DNA from: an uncultured Armatimonadia bacterium | GTDB lineage: Bacteria > Armatimonadota > Zipacnadia > CAVVLO01 | Direction: 5' to 3' | Assembly (NCBI GenBank): GCA_963749155.1 | Contig: CAVVLO010000001.1 | Location: 864,001-928,000 of the forward strand | Length of the DNA stretch: 64,000 nt | Part shown: one piece after another, positions 12,880 to 23,505 of the stretch | Layout: each line of letters opens with the position of its first letter | Position numbering within the stretch: position 1 is the first letter of the stretch | Notes under the pieces: generated by a model | Told to the model about the DNA's origin: nothing | The model's database searches: none | The model's input: the letters and a program-made list of their open reading frames with translations, nothing else | Translations under genes and position numbers: made by a program

Positions 12880-13796
12880 TCTTTGGTTACCGGTACCGTA
12901 ACCTTGACTGATTCGGCGCTCTTGAAGATGACTCCCTGGGGGAGGACAAGCTTTACCTGCTCGGTGAAGGTGGCCTGTCTTTCGTTCAGACTGATTCGTT
13001 CGGTATATATCTTGTACTGGGTCAGTTTTCGACCGTCGGAGAAAGCCAAGTTTACTGTAGCAGGATCAACTAGAGGCTCTCCACGCTTATGTCCGGCCAG
13101 CAGTCTGCCTGTGAAGCGAGGGACGATCTCGGCTTTTATTATCGAAATAGGGGCAAGTTCCATATCAAATTGAGCCATTGAAGGACTTATTTCGATTTCA
13201 GGCACTGGATTACCCGCGGCGTCAAGCGCAACCAGGGTCTCATTAGCCAGCATATTCTGACTTCGACCCGTAACATCGACATAAGCAACGAGGCTTGCCA
13301 CCTGCTCAACATAACGGGAGGCGCCAGTGATGGTCGCGAAGGCGGGTTGGAGTTCGACACTTTTAACCTCGTAGCCAGGCGCAGGCGTATTTTTGGTCAG
13401 TGCCTTGATGCGGAAGGTTTGCTCGGCTTTCTTGTCGACTTCCACAATTACTTCCTGTGGCTCCATCGAACCGATCTTCACTCCCTGGGCTGTATCGTGT
13501 ATCTGAACTGTCAGATTTCTCTTGCCTGGCCCTGGGAGATTACTTAAGTTCACAACCGCCTCAAGCCCTCTCTCTATCGCCTTGGTTATATCACGCTGCA
13601 ACCCGGTGATGGTTATATCTACAGGCGGCAACTGGCTGACCAGGACCAGTTGGCCAGGCATATTGATAGCCTTCACGGGACGAGTTATGACCTCGGTGAC
13701 GGGTTTGTCCTGGATGTACCAGAAATAACAAGCCAGCACCAGCGCCAGCAAGCGCAGTGCCCAATCTGATTTCAACCAGTTTCCAAGTTTATACAC
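12876..13796 (-). CDS. cdaR: CdaR/YbbR-domain regulator of diadenylate cyclase
   Basis: N-terminal TM helix, repeated YbbR-like beta domains, directly downstream of cdaA. Confidence 0.85.
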   Translation of the reverse strand: MYKLGNWLKSDWALRLLALVLACYFWYIQDKPVTEVITRPVKAINMPGQLVLVSQLPPVDITITGLQRDITKAIERGLEAVVNLSNLPGPGKRNLTVQIHDTAQGVKIGSMEPQEVIVEVDKKAEQTFRIKALTKNTPAPGYEVKSVELQPAFATITGASRYVEQVASLVAYVDVTGRSQNMLANETLVALDAAGNPVPEIEISPSMAQFDMELAPISIIKAEIVPRFTGRLLAGHKRGEPLVDPATVNLAFSDGRKLTQYKIYTERISLNERQATFTEQVKLVLPQGVIFKSAESVKVTVPVTKD

Positions 13797-13804
13797 TTAA
13801 CCAG

Positions 13805-14644
13805 TCATCCTCGCCGGCCAAGACCGGCGCTACGTTTCAGGCGTTCGAGCAGTTGGCGGCCAGGCTCATCGCTTTCCATCTCGAACACCTCCAGCAGTTT
13901 TTGACGAAGCAATTCGGCGGAAAGGTCGCGTTCAATGGCGCTTTCCAGGGCAAGACTCAGCGCGCCGGTCTCCTCAGAGATGGCTATACAGGCGGCATCA
14001 GAGCGCTCCGAAAGCCCTAAAGCTGCCCTGTGCCTGGTGCCTACGCTCTTCGAGAGCAGCGGATTGTCGGACATTGGCAGCAAACAGGCCGCGCCAATAA
14101 CGCGATCGCCTCTCACAATAGCTGCGCCATCGTGCAGGGGGTTGTTGGGGAAGAAGAGCGACACCAGGAGTTCGGCGGAGACTACCGCGTCCAGTTCCTG
14201 TCCCGTGCGTGCCACATCATCAAGGCCAAGCGCGCGTTCCAGCACAATAAGCCCGCCAATGCGCTGCTGGGACATCTGCCGCGCGGCGCGGACCACCTCG
14301 CGGATAGTCTTGGCAACTCCAGCCTGGGACTGCCTGCCAGTGCCGAACATCCGGCCTCGGCCAAGCCGCTCGAGGGCCATCCGAAGTTCTGGCTGGAAGA
14401 TGATAATTAGCGCGATGACGCCAGGGACGGTTACCCACTCGAGTAGCCAGTTGAGCGCGTACATATCCGCTACGCGTGAAACCCAGGAGGCAACAGCAAG
14501 TAGCAGCAGCCCGCGGATTAGCTGCGTGGCGCGGGTATTGCGGAAGAACAACATTACCTCGTAGAAGACAAAGGCCACTACGAGGATGTCGACGACATCC
14601 ACTACCCGCATCTGAGCAAGAGTTTCAAGCAGGCGTTGGCTCAT
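13805..14644 (-). CDS. cdaA: Diadenylate cyclase CdaA (DacA)
   Basis: Three TM helices, FQPELR, LHDGA and GTRHRAALG motifs. Confidence 0.95.
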   Translation of the reverse strand: MSQRLLETLAQMRVVDVVDILVVAFVFYEVMLFFRNTRATQLIRGLLLLAVASWVSRVADMYALNWLLEWVTVPGVIALIIIFQPELRMALERLGRGRMFGTGRQSQAGVAKTIREVVRAARQMSQQRIGGLIVLERALGLDDVARTGQELDAVVSAELLVSLFFPNNPLHDGAAIVRGDRVIGAACLLPMSDNPLLSKSVGTRHRAALGLSERSDAACIAISEETGALSLALESAIERDLSAELLRQKLLEVFEMESDEPGRQLLERLKRSAGLGRRG

Positions 14645-14718
14645 TATATGGGGCGCGCCACCTGATTTATCAAGTTACGTCAGTATACTATACGAGGGCG
14701 CAGGTTGCAGTCCTCGCA

Positions 14719-17638
14719 TCAGGGACGCAATGCCTGCTCCAGAGTTGCCTTGGCGCCTGCACTAGTGCCCTGACCTGGCCCAAGTGCATACCAGCCAAAA
14801 GTTAGCGCAACCTGTCTAACTGTATTGCCTTCTCCGAAGGGAAGTTTTTGCCCTGGCTGCAGCTTCAGCTTGTAAAGCCACTGGCCATTAGGAAGCTGCC
14901 TCTTGGTCAGCGGCTCGGAAAGCCTGTCCCACTGGGTCGCGCCTCTTGTGTCTATCAGTCTGCTGTCCCTGGGCATAATCCAGGCTAAGCTCGACAGGCT
15001 GGGCAGTTTTGCCTGCGCAGTTGATTGAGAGCGTCGCCAGGCCAGTTCCTGGGCTATCGAGAGCCAGGCTTATTTCGGCCGGCCTTCGTCTGGGCAGGAC
15101 TCTTGCTGGCTTGCGCCTGGAGAGCCACGAAGTTGCGACCTGGCTTCAAGTGCGACTTCCTGGCCCTGGACAATTGCTTTGCCAGGCGCTGTCACAGTAA
15201 TCGCTACCGGTACGGAAAGTGTACCCCTGGCGCCAAGCCTGGTTGCAAGGAGCTTCCAGCCATCAGGCCAGGTAGAGGGCTCACGTAACAGAGAAACCAG
15301 CGGGCCTGACCTGCCCTCGCGTTCGGCGGTCATCAGCTCACTTGATGCTAATACAGGCTGAGGCACAACCTGGGTAGGCAGAGAGAGCGGCTCCTGCTGC
15401 CACTTGCGTTGCTTTGTGTCGGTTAGCTTAACCGAGTCGGGCTGCTCGGGAAGCAGTTCCAGGGTCAAGTCTTCAGCAATCTTCAGTTTCACCGGTTTGC
15501 CATATTTGGCGCGATATATTTTATGGGTATCGAAATCCACACGAAGCAGAACCGCTTCGGTTGGTGACTGCCAGGGGTGAAGCCTGCAACTGGACGTCAA
15601 CCAGCTTGTTGGTGACGACAAGTTTGACTCCGGCTGGCGCTTCGAGTTCGATACGACCAAGCGCGGTATCGGTTGAAAGCAGCAGACGCTCCTTTGTCAA
15701 ATCCAGGGAGAGTTCGCCTTTGGGCACTGGGTAGTGTTGCAATTCCAGGTTGCCGGCTGTCTTTGAGAAATGCGGATTCACAGCCAGCTTGTCACCCTCT
15801 ATGGTTACGCCCACAAGATAGTGCCAGGCACCGTAAAGCCAAAGGGCCGAATCCCAAAGCCGGCGCTTCTCACCATGCCAGGTGGGGTCTTTCACATCGT
15901 GAAGCTCCCAGGCGTTGCCGGTGTCAGGAGCTGTATCGAGTATCGAAGCAAACAATTCTTCGGCAAAGGGCGCCTCAAGGTCGGCGGCGGCGTAGAGCAT
16001 ATAACCGGCTACCCCGTCATCAACGCACCGGGTGCGCGGATCTTCGCGAAGCTCGCCGTCCTGGAAACAAGCCTCCCAGGCGGTGGCCAGAGTACGCGCC
16101 AGCACGACGCGGTCAACCGGAAGGCCAAAAGCCACAGCGCGAGCAAGCGGTCCTGCCATCGGCAAGGGATTGGTGAAGGTTGCCTCACCAAATCCTCCAT
16201 CTGCTGCATAAGCCAGGCGTTGCTCTTTGGGCAGAAGGAAAACCTGGGTAAGGGAGTTCTCAACCGCTGTAGATGTAAAAAGAGGCTCAAGCTCCAGTTC
16301 CTCGGCAGTGCGGAAAGCGAGCCAGTTCAGCACCGAGTTATCAAGCTGAAGCTGCCCCTCATCCACCGCAGCGGCGATCGCCCAGGTCTCGTCGGTGTTG
16401 AGCACCGAAAGCCCCTCGGGATTGGCGCCTAGTCCTTCGAGGCACTTCTGCACATAATCCTTTGTGCCATCAGGAAGCTGCAGGCCCCGGCGTTTGAAAT
16501 CGCCAGCGGCCAGCACCAGATAAGCAGGCCACTCTGATCGAGGATAACCGAGCATCTGGACCATCTCTCGCGAGAGATTCCAGGAGGAGGCTGGCCCATG
16601 CTGAGCTACCTGATTCACAAAACCTGTAAGCCCGATGAGGGCTTCCTTTTGGCGACCGACTTCGAGCAGGGCGCGCTGTACCCAATAGTTGTCGCGCACC
16701 CAGGCGCGATTATGGGCGTATTTGGTCGAACCCGTATGGATTATGTCTTCGCCAATATGACCTCGCACAAGCTGCAGGAGGCCATCCAGCCAGTCCTGAG
16801 TTTGCTGCTGCTGGCAAGTCAGTTTTATCTGCGCAGTCCAGGCCTTCTGCTCGGTGAGCGTCGCCTCGAGCAGGGCTAGCGGAGCGAGTACAGCCGTTTC
16901 AAAAGCCGAGGCGTCGGCGGCTACCTGGTTGCCATCTTCGCCGACTACGAAGGCCAGGCAGCAGGCAAAGCTCTCGGAGGAAGGCAGTTTTACCAAAGCG
17001 GCCGGTTTGGCAGTCTCGTCGAGTGTGAGTTTCGCATCTGACATCAGGCCCAGAGTAGCGCCTGAACCAGTAAAGGTTATGAAACGTGAAGAATTGCGTT
17101 TGGCCTCGAGTGCGGGAGGCTCGATACGTAAGGTAGCCCCGCCCAGTCCCTTGGCCAGTACCAGGCGGACAATTGCATTGTAAGGCGGCTGAGTAGGGGC
17201 GAAATCGACGAAGATGAGTTTGGCTTTCTCCCAGGCGGCCTCGGTTACCAGCACCTGGCTCTCGCGTACACGATGGGTGACCAGGCTCTTCGGAGCGCCA
17301 AGCGCGGCCCCATCCGGTTGCACCAGCTTGAAGGCGAGTGGCGCATTGCCCCCTGCCAGTCTGGACAATTTGTGTCCGCCATACAGCACCTGAAAATCCA
17401 GGGCGGTGTCAGCCGTATCTCCAAGGGCAGCATAAGTCTGGGTATTGCCGAAAGAATAATTGTCATGCCGCGGGCGCGCCTGGGCCAGGGCGTTGCTCTC
17501 CCATCCGGCAAGTGATAACTGCTTTATGTTACTGGCAAGCTGGGCTGAGTAGTCCTGCCGTTTTGGCAACAACAGCAGAATAACTGTTGCGGCGATCAGA
17601 ACGGCGGCAACTAACAGGACGGCAAACAGTTTCTTCAT
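14719..17638 (-). CDS. Membrane-anchored putative (alpha/alpha)6-barrel glycoside hydrolase (GH15/GH63-like); C-terminus fragmented by frameshifts, true end uncertain
   Basis: Main ORF 15521..17638 has an N-terminal hydrophobic anchor and Y-x4-AWVRDN motif. Protein-like sequence continues in 15070..15660 and 14719..14976. Confidence 0.5.
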
Positions 17639-17650
17639 ATTGGGGTCATC

Positions 17651-20088
17651 TCACTGAGCTTTGCTTTCAGCCTGCGTAGTCACCTGCCATACGGCGCCGT
17701 CGGTAGCGAGCTTTACCGCGCCAGCCACCTCGGTGCGCACCAGCTTGCAGTCGAACCGGTCGGCTAGAGCGTCCAACCCGTCTTCCTGCTCAGACGCCTT
17801 TGTTGGCGCGCTGGAAGCAATCAGGAGACCTGGCCTGGCGGCCGACAGGAGCGAGGCGCAGGCGGCCTCGTCTCGACCCTTGCGGGGCGCCACGAGTATA
17901 TCACAACGCAGGTCCTGGCCTGAATCGGCAAGCTCCTGCAACCCTTCAGCCTCCAGATCACAGACAAACAAGATTCTGAAACTGCCATAAACCAGTCTGT
18001 AAGCAGCCGAATTGTTGGCTGGATCATCCCCCGTGCCTTCAAACCGTGGGCGAGCGGGACTTAATACCTCCAGATCAACAAGCGGAGCAAGGCGCAGGAC
18101 TGCGCCGCGTTCGATGTCGGTCACAGGCGTCTTGCGCTGCGCGGCCACAAGGGCTGCCAGAGAGCTTTCCTGTCCTGGCTCGCCAGGTGGCGCCCAGACT
18201 TCGGCAATCTTCAACTCCCTTATTAACTGTCCGGCAGCGCCCTGGTGTTCCCCAAGAGGCCTGGCCAGGAGTATACCTTCGAGTCGAAGCGCTCTTTCAA
18301 AGTAGAGGAAGGGCAACACGATGCGGTCAGCTCAGCCGGTTATCGCCTTCCTCTGGGCGTCCGCCAGCAGTGCCCTCGAGTAGATAATGGGCTCCTCCGG
18401 GCGTCTGCAAGAAGGCGCAGACTCCATCGGGCACCTCAAGTATTACAAGCTTAAGTTGGTTATCACTGGCTCGAGCGAAGGCGAAAAGTGAGAAGAAGGC
18501 CAGGGCCAGCAAGAACACTACCACTGCGTTCTCGAGGGTCCAGTATGAATTGAGCCTGGCATCAGGCTGGATCGGGCACGAGGGCATTGGACCACCTTTC
18601 CGACTTGGTTTTCTGCCGCTTATTAGTAGCCGACTCTACCAGGGCAAGCAGGAACATATAGTAAGCGCCGCCAATCCAGGCCGGCAGCGAAGGTACCGAG
18701 AGCTGAGCTGAAGGCAGCGCGGCACACCAGAGGGCAGTATTCACGAGCGCATCTACCAGCCAGCCAATTGGCAAGGAGAACCAGATCCCCGCAGGCTGAG
18801 AAAGGAGGGCGATGGGCAGCAGGGCAAAGCTGCCCAGTGTGATACAGGCGGCAAGGGGCACAGCTAGCAGGTTGGCGCCTAGTGATGCCAGAGGCAATTT
18901 GTGGAAGGTCATCGCCAGGATAGGCGCGACCGCAAGCTGGGCGGCTACCGTGGTCAGGGCCGTGAGTTTGAGGAAAGTCCAGGGCGCTCTGACTTTCACC
19001 AGAGGCACAAGCAACACCAGTCCCGTCACAGCGGCGAAAGAGAGTTGAAAGCTGATCTGGAAAAGTGCCAGTGGATCCAGGACTAGCATCAGGAAGGCCG
19101 CCAGCGCAAGCCCTTGTTCTGGGGCGCCTCGCCGGTTGGTCAGCAAGGCGGCAAGTCCCACCAGGCCGGCAAGCGCAGAGCGGAGGACAGGCGCCTCGGC
19201 CCCGCAAAGCAGGCAATATAACGCTACTGCCAGGGTTGCGAGCAGGCCCGAGAGCAACCTGCCAGGCCGGCCAGGCAGCGGGCGCAAGACAAGCAACACA
19301 AAAGCCAGCAGCAAGGCCACCTGGCTACCGGACACTACAAGCACGTGGATTATTCCCGAGGCGCGGAAGGCTGCAAGTAATTCTGGCGATGGTTGCGCGA
19401 GCTGGGAGCCGAAAAGCATACTCGTGATTATGCAGGCCCTCACCTTGCGTCCCGGACCGCTTTGGCAGGCGGCCAGGGCCTGCTGAGCCTGACTGCGTCG
19501 CTCATCCAGCCCTCTTAGGAAGCCCAGTTTGCCCGAGGGCCCACAACGCTCTGCGAGTCGGCACCGGTAGCTTGCCTCCAGGCCTCGCAGTCGCTGGGCT
19601 CGGTCGAAATCAGGGGCGCCAGGATTTTGCTCTCCCTCGGGAAAGGCCTCGAGTTCTTTCAACACAAGCAACTCGCCAGGAGGGAAGTCCTGACCAGGCC
19701 CTGAGAGCAACACTCGCGCGCGGGTGACCACTGGTTCTTTCCCCAAGGGCGCCAGGTCGCGCGCCTCAAGCCAGGTACCGCCGCTTATCGCTGGCCAGCA
19801 ACGGGCTACCACAGCCTCATAACTACAGGCAGGATCAGGCAGGGGGAGCGCTCTGCCAAGACCCTGTACGGCCAGGCTCATCAGGGCAAGTCCAAGCAGG
19901 AAGCCAGCGCAGGTAGGCGCCACCGTCCGCAACTCGGGCGCCTGTAACACTTCAGCCCTTACAGCCAGCGCCAGAAGGAGCAGAGCCGGAAGCCAGGCTT
20001 CAGGCTGACTCCTCAACGCCCAGATGAAGAGCAGTCCCCCTGTATAAGCAAGCAGTGCCCTCACCAGCGGCAGCTTCCAGGCCCTCAT
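17651..20088 (-). CDS. comEC: ComEC/Rec2 competence protein with degenerate metallo-beta-lactamase domain (frameshifts near 18580, 18325)
   Basis: NPGAPDF, FRASGIIHVLVVSG, SFQLSFAAV and ANLLAVPL in 18562..20088. MBL-fold remainder in 18327..18587 and 17651..18319 (NNSAAYRLVYGSFRILFVCDLE). Confidence 0.85.
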
Positions 20089-20489
20089 CTCCGCTCACTC
20101 CCAGGCGGTAGCGCTGACACCTGGGGACGCAGCAACTTGATTTTGGCAGGACCGATACCCTTTACCTGGTCCAGGTCGTTTACTGAGCGGAAAGGCCCGT
20201 GCGCTCTGCGGAAATCAGCTATCCGGCCGGCCAGCACGGGACCGACGCCAGGCAACTGTTGGAGCTGGGTGGTTGTGGCAGTGTTAAGATCAATCCTGCG
20301 CGGCCCCTCGCGCTCCAGCATCTGCTGCAACCTGTTAGGCGCTACGCTGCCTGCTGGCAGCTTGTCCACAAAGGGGAACTGTGGCTCATCACCAAGCCAG
20401 GCGGGCGCCACGGTTGGCAGCATGGCAAGCAGCACCAGGAGGCAGGTCGCCAGCAGCAGTTTCTGAGTTGTCGAAAGATACAGGCGCAC
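20085..20489 (-). CDS. comEA: ComEA helix-hairpin-helix DNA-binding protein
   Basis: N-terminal TM; IDLNTAT...LPGVGPVLA...GPFRSVNDLDQVKGIG. Overlaps the comEC start. Confidence 0.92.
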   Translation of the reverse strand: MRLYLSTTQKLLLATCLLVLLAMLPTVAPAWLGDEPQFPFVDKLPAGSVAPNRLQQMLEREGPRRIDLNTATTTQLQQLPGVGPVLAGRIADFRRAHGPFRSVNDLDQVKGIGPAKIKLLRPQVSALPPGSERR

Positions 20490-20501
20490 GCTCCGGTTCT
20501 A

Positions 20502-20517
20502 TGCACGAACCGTGCCA
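20502..20517 (-). promoter_or_regulatory. Candidate sigma-54 -24/-12 promoter of comEA-comEC
   Basis: Minus strand reads TGGCAC-GGTTC-GTGCA (GG-N10-GC). Confidence 0.5.
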
Positions 20518-20588
20518 GAAAGCTCTCAGGCAGGATTTTGCCTTATTTCCGCGAATACATGGCAGTAGCCAAATCTGAGGTGATTGGA

Positions 20589-23505
20589 ATGAGATTCTGG
20601 GTGCCCCTCTTCAGCTTGCTTGTTCTTCCCCTGGCATGTTTTGCGATGCCAGAGTTTGTGCTTGAAGACTCCGGCCTTATCCAGATATCCGATGCGGGCC
20701 AGGTTCTGACACGGCTTTCTCTCAGCGTGCCCAATTCTGACTGGAGCGGAGGATACAACCTCGGACGCGTAGAGCAACTTACTCGCCATACAGAGGGCGA
20801 GGCTGAAGTGGTGACCGGCGAAATGACCTGGGAGGGTGGCAGGCTTCCCTTCAGTGTTAGCCTCCAGACCAGCACAGGCCTTGGGATGATCACCTGGGAA
20901 CTCGCCCCCTCTGAAGCTATCTCCACCGTTGGCGCGCATCTCTTCGTCGATTTGCCCCAGTGCCCATTTCCTGGGTCAGCGATATGAGCTTGCCACTGAG
21001 CAACTCGGGCAACCTGTGGCAGGTGACCTGCCCACAGCCTTGCCCGACCCATATATCTTCGGTGGGGGCGGTACCCTCGATTATTTCGCAGCGGGCAATT
21101 CTGGGCAGTGGCTTCTTGTGATGCCAGGCGAAGGCGCGCCGATGAAGGCGCAACTCCAGGATTCACGCCAGTTCAAAGTCGACCAGTACCAGCTGCTGCT
21201 GCGATTCACTGGCGGGCAGCTTGAGGCAGGCCAGCCTGTTAAAGTCAGCCTTATGATCGACTGGACAGGTGACCAGCAACTTGCAGCTCTGCGTCAGTTC
21301 AAGGAGGAGAAAGCCATGTCCCGGTATCCAGTTGTCACCTCTGAGGGGCCACTGACTCTCACTGGCGTAAATATCAACACTTTCACCTGCAAACAATATG
21401 AGAAGCTCGAACTCACCTGCGAGCTGGGCGGGACCTGGGACAACCCCTTCGATCCCGAGCAGGTGCGCCTTGATGCGCGTGTCAAGTGTCCGGATGGGCG
21501 AGAATTGCTCGTACCTGGCTTCTTCTACCAGCCCTATGAGCGCGCGCTCGAAAACGGCACCCAGGTGCTGACCAAAGCTGGAGAGGCCAAATGGATGGTG
21601 CGCTTTGCCCCTCAGCAGGAAGGCGAATATGAAATAAGCCTCGAAGCTGTGAACCAGGGTCAGACAATGGCTACCGAGCCGCTCATCGTGCCAGTCAAAG
21701 GGGCAGCAGGGCCTGGCTTCATCTACAAATCGAAGCGCAATCCCTATTACTTCGAATACGAAACCGGCGAGCCCTATTTCGCCATCGGCGAAAACGTCTG
21801 CTGGCCTCAAAGTGGAGGCACTTACGACTTTGACAACTGGCTGCCTCCCCTGGCCGAAAATGGCGGCAACTATCTGCGCCTGTGGGCAAGTGGTTTCAGC
21901 CAGTTCGCTCTCGAACACAACGAGCCCGGCAGGCCCGATTGTGGTCTGGGCAGATACGACCAGGTGCGCGCCTGGAACACCGACTACGTGCTGGAGCTAT
22001 GCGAGCGCCTCAGTATCATGGCGATGTACTGCATAGACTCCTTCAACTTCCTGAGGAAGTCGCCGCCCTATCCTGCCTGGAATCTGAATCCCTACGCAAC
22101 AGAATTCGGCGGGATGATCGATGAGCCTGAGCAGTTCTTCACCAATCCCGACGCTCGGAAGCTGTACAAGCAACGCCTTCGTTATATTGTGGCGCGCTGG
22201 GGATATAGCCCCAATATCTTCTCCTGGGAGTTCTGGAACGAGGTCGACATCATCGAGAAGTACCTTTCAGCCGATTCGGTCGCCTGGCATGACGAGATGG
22301 CAAAATACCTGCGCTCCATCGATCCCTGGGGTCATCTCATCACGACCAGCTTCGCGGGTACGGGCGGTGATGACGCCGTTAACGCTCTCGACACCATCGA
22401 ATACACGATGGCCCACAATTACAACTCGCCTGATATGGCCGCTATGATCTCTGGCTGGTCTCGCAAGTATCTCTCCCAGTTCGAGAAGCCCTTCTACTTC
22501 GGCGAGTTTGGCACCGATGTGGACGGCCAGAAAGAGCATCTGGACAAGGAAGGCGTCTATCTCCACAACGGGTTATGGGCTGGGCTTGCTTGCGGCAACG
22601 CTGGTACTGCGATGACCTGGTGGTGGGATAGTTATGTTCACCCGAAAAATATGTACCCCCTCTTCAAGCCGGTCGCCGAATTTGTGAAGGGGCTACCACT
22701 ACTGGACAAAGAATGGCGCGATCTTGTCTTTGATACGCCAGTATTTATCAAGGCGCCAGAACATCCCGCGCCCAAACGGCTGCTGCTCAATCCCCAGGGA
22801 GTGAGCTGGGAGCCAGCCCCCTTCAACCAGCCCCAGACCTTTGACCTGGGCAAAGAAGGCAAGCTGACCAGGCCCGAGTTGCTTCCACGCGTTTTACACG
22901 GGGTGCGCAACCATCCCAACCTGCACAATCCAGTTACCTTCGAGGTAGATTACACATACCCGGGCACCTTCGCGATTCTGGTGGGAGGGGTGTCCGGTTA
23001 TGGTGGGGCAGGGCTCGAGATAAGCCTGGACGGCCAACTGGTGTTGCAGAAGGACTTCCCGCAGCTAAGCCCTGATGACCATGCCACAATTACCAAATAC
23101 GACGGGGAATATTCAATCGAGGTACCGGCGGGCAAGCACAGTATCAAAGTCGAGAATACCGGAGAAGACTGGTTCTATACTGATTTCGCCTTCAATGAAG
23201 GCTTCGCGCAGTATTCGCCCAACCTGCGGGTGCTGGGCCGGCAAGCAGAAGACTGGGCCTTCGGCTGGGTGCAAAACAGCGGCCACACGTGGCAGCAGGT
23301 GGCTACTTATGGCGATCCCCCTGTCGTAGAGCCAGCGCGCTTTTTGCTTCGAGGGCTTGAGGAAGGCGAATATCTGATTGCCTTTTTCGATACTTATACA
23401 GGCAAGCCGCTCTCCGATCAGCCAGCAGAAGTCGCAAACGGAGTGCTGGCAATCGAGCTGCCGGCTATCGCAAAAGACCTGGCCTTCACTGCGCGCAAGC
23501 GTTAG
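20589..23505 (+). CDS. Secreted DUF5060-domain clan GH-A (GH5-like) glycoside hydrolase (frameshift near 20960)
   Basis: Signal peptide MRFWVPLFSLL...; NPFDP...GFFYQ...WMVRFAP (DUF5060); WEFWNE and GEFG catalytic-type motifs; MTWWWD. Confidence 0.8.

Noticed and set aside
15070..15072. In-frame TAA between 15070..15660 and 14719..14976, suggesting stop read-through or an alternative genetic code
   Set aside because: A neighbouring frame reads as more plausible protein across this stretch, which fits compensating indels. TAA, TAG and TGA all end conserved genes normally in this window.
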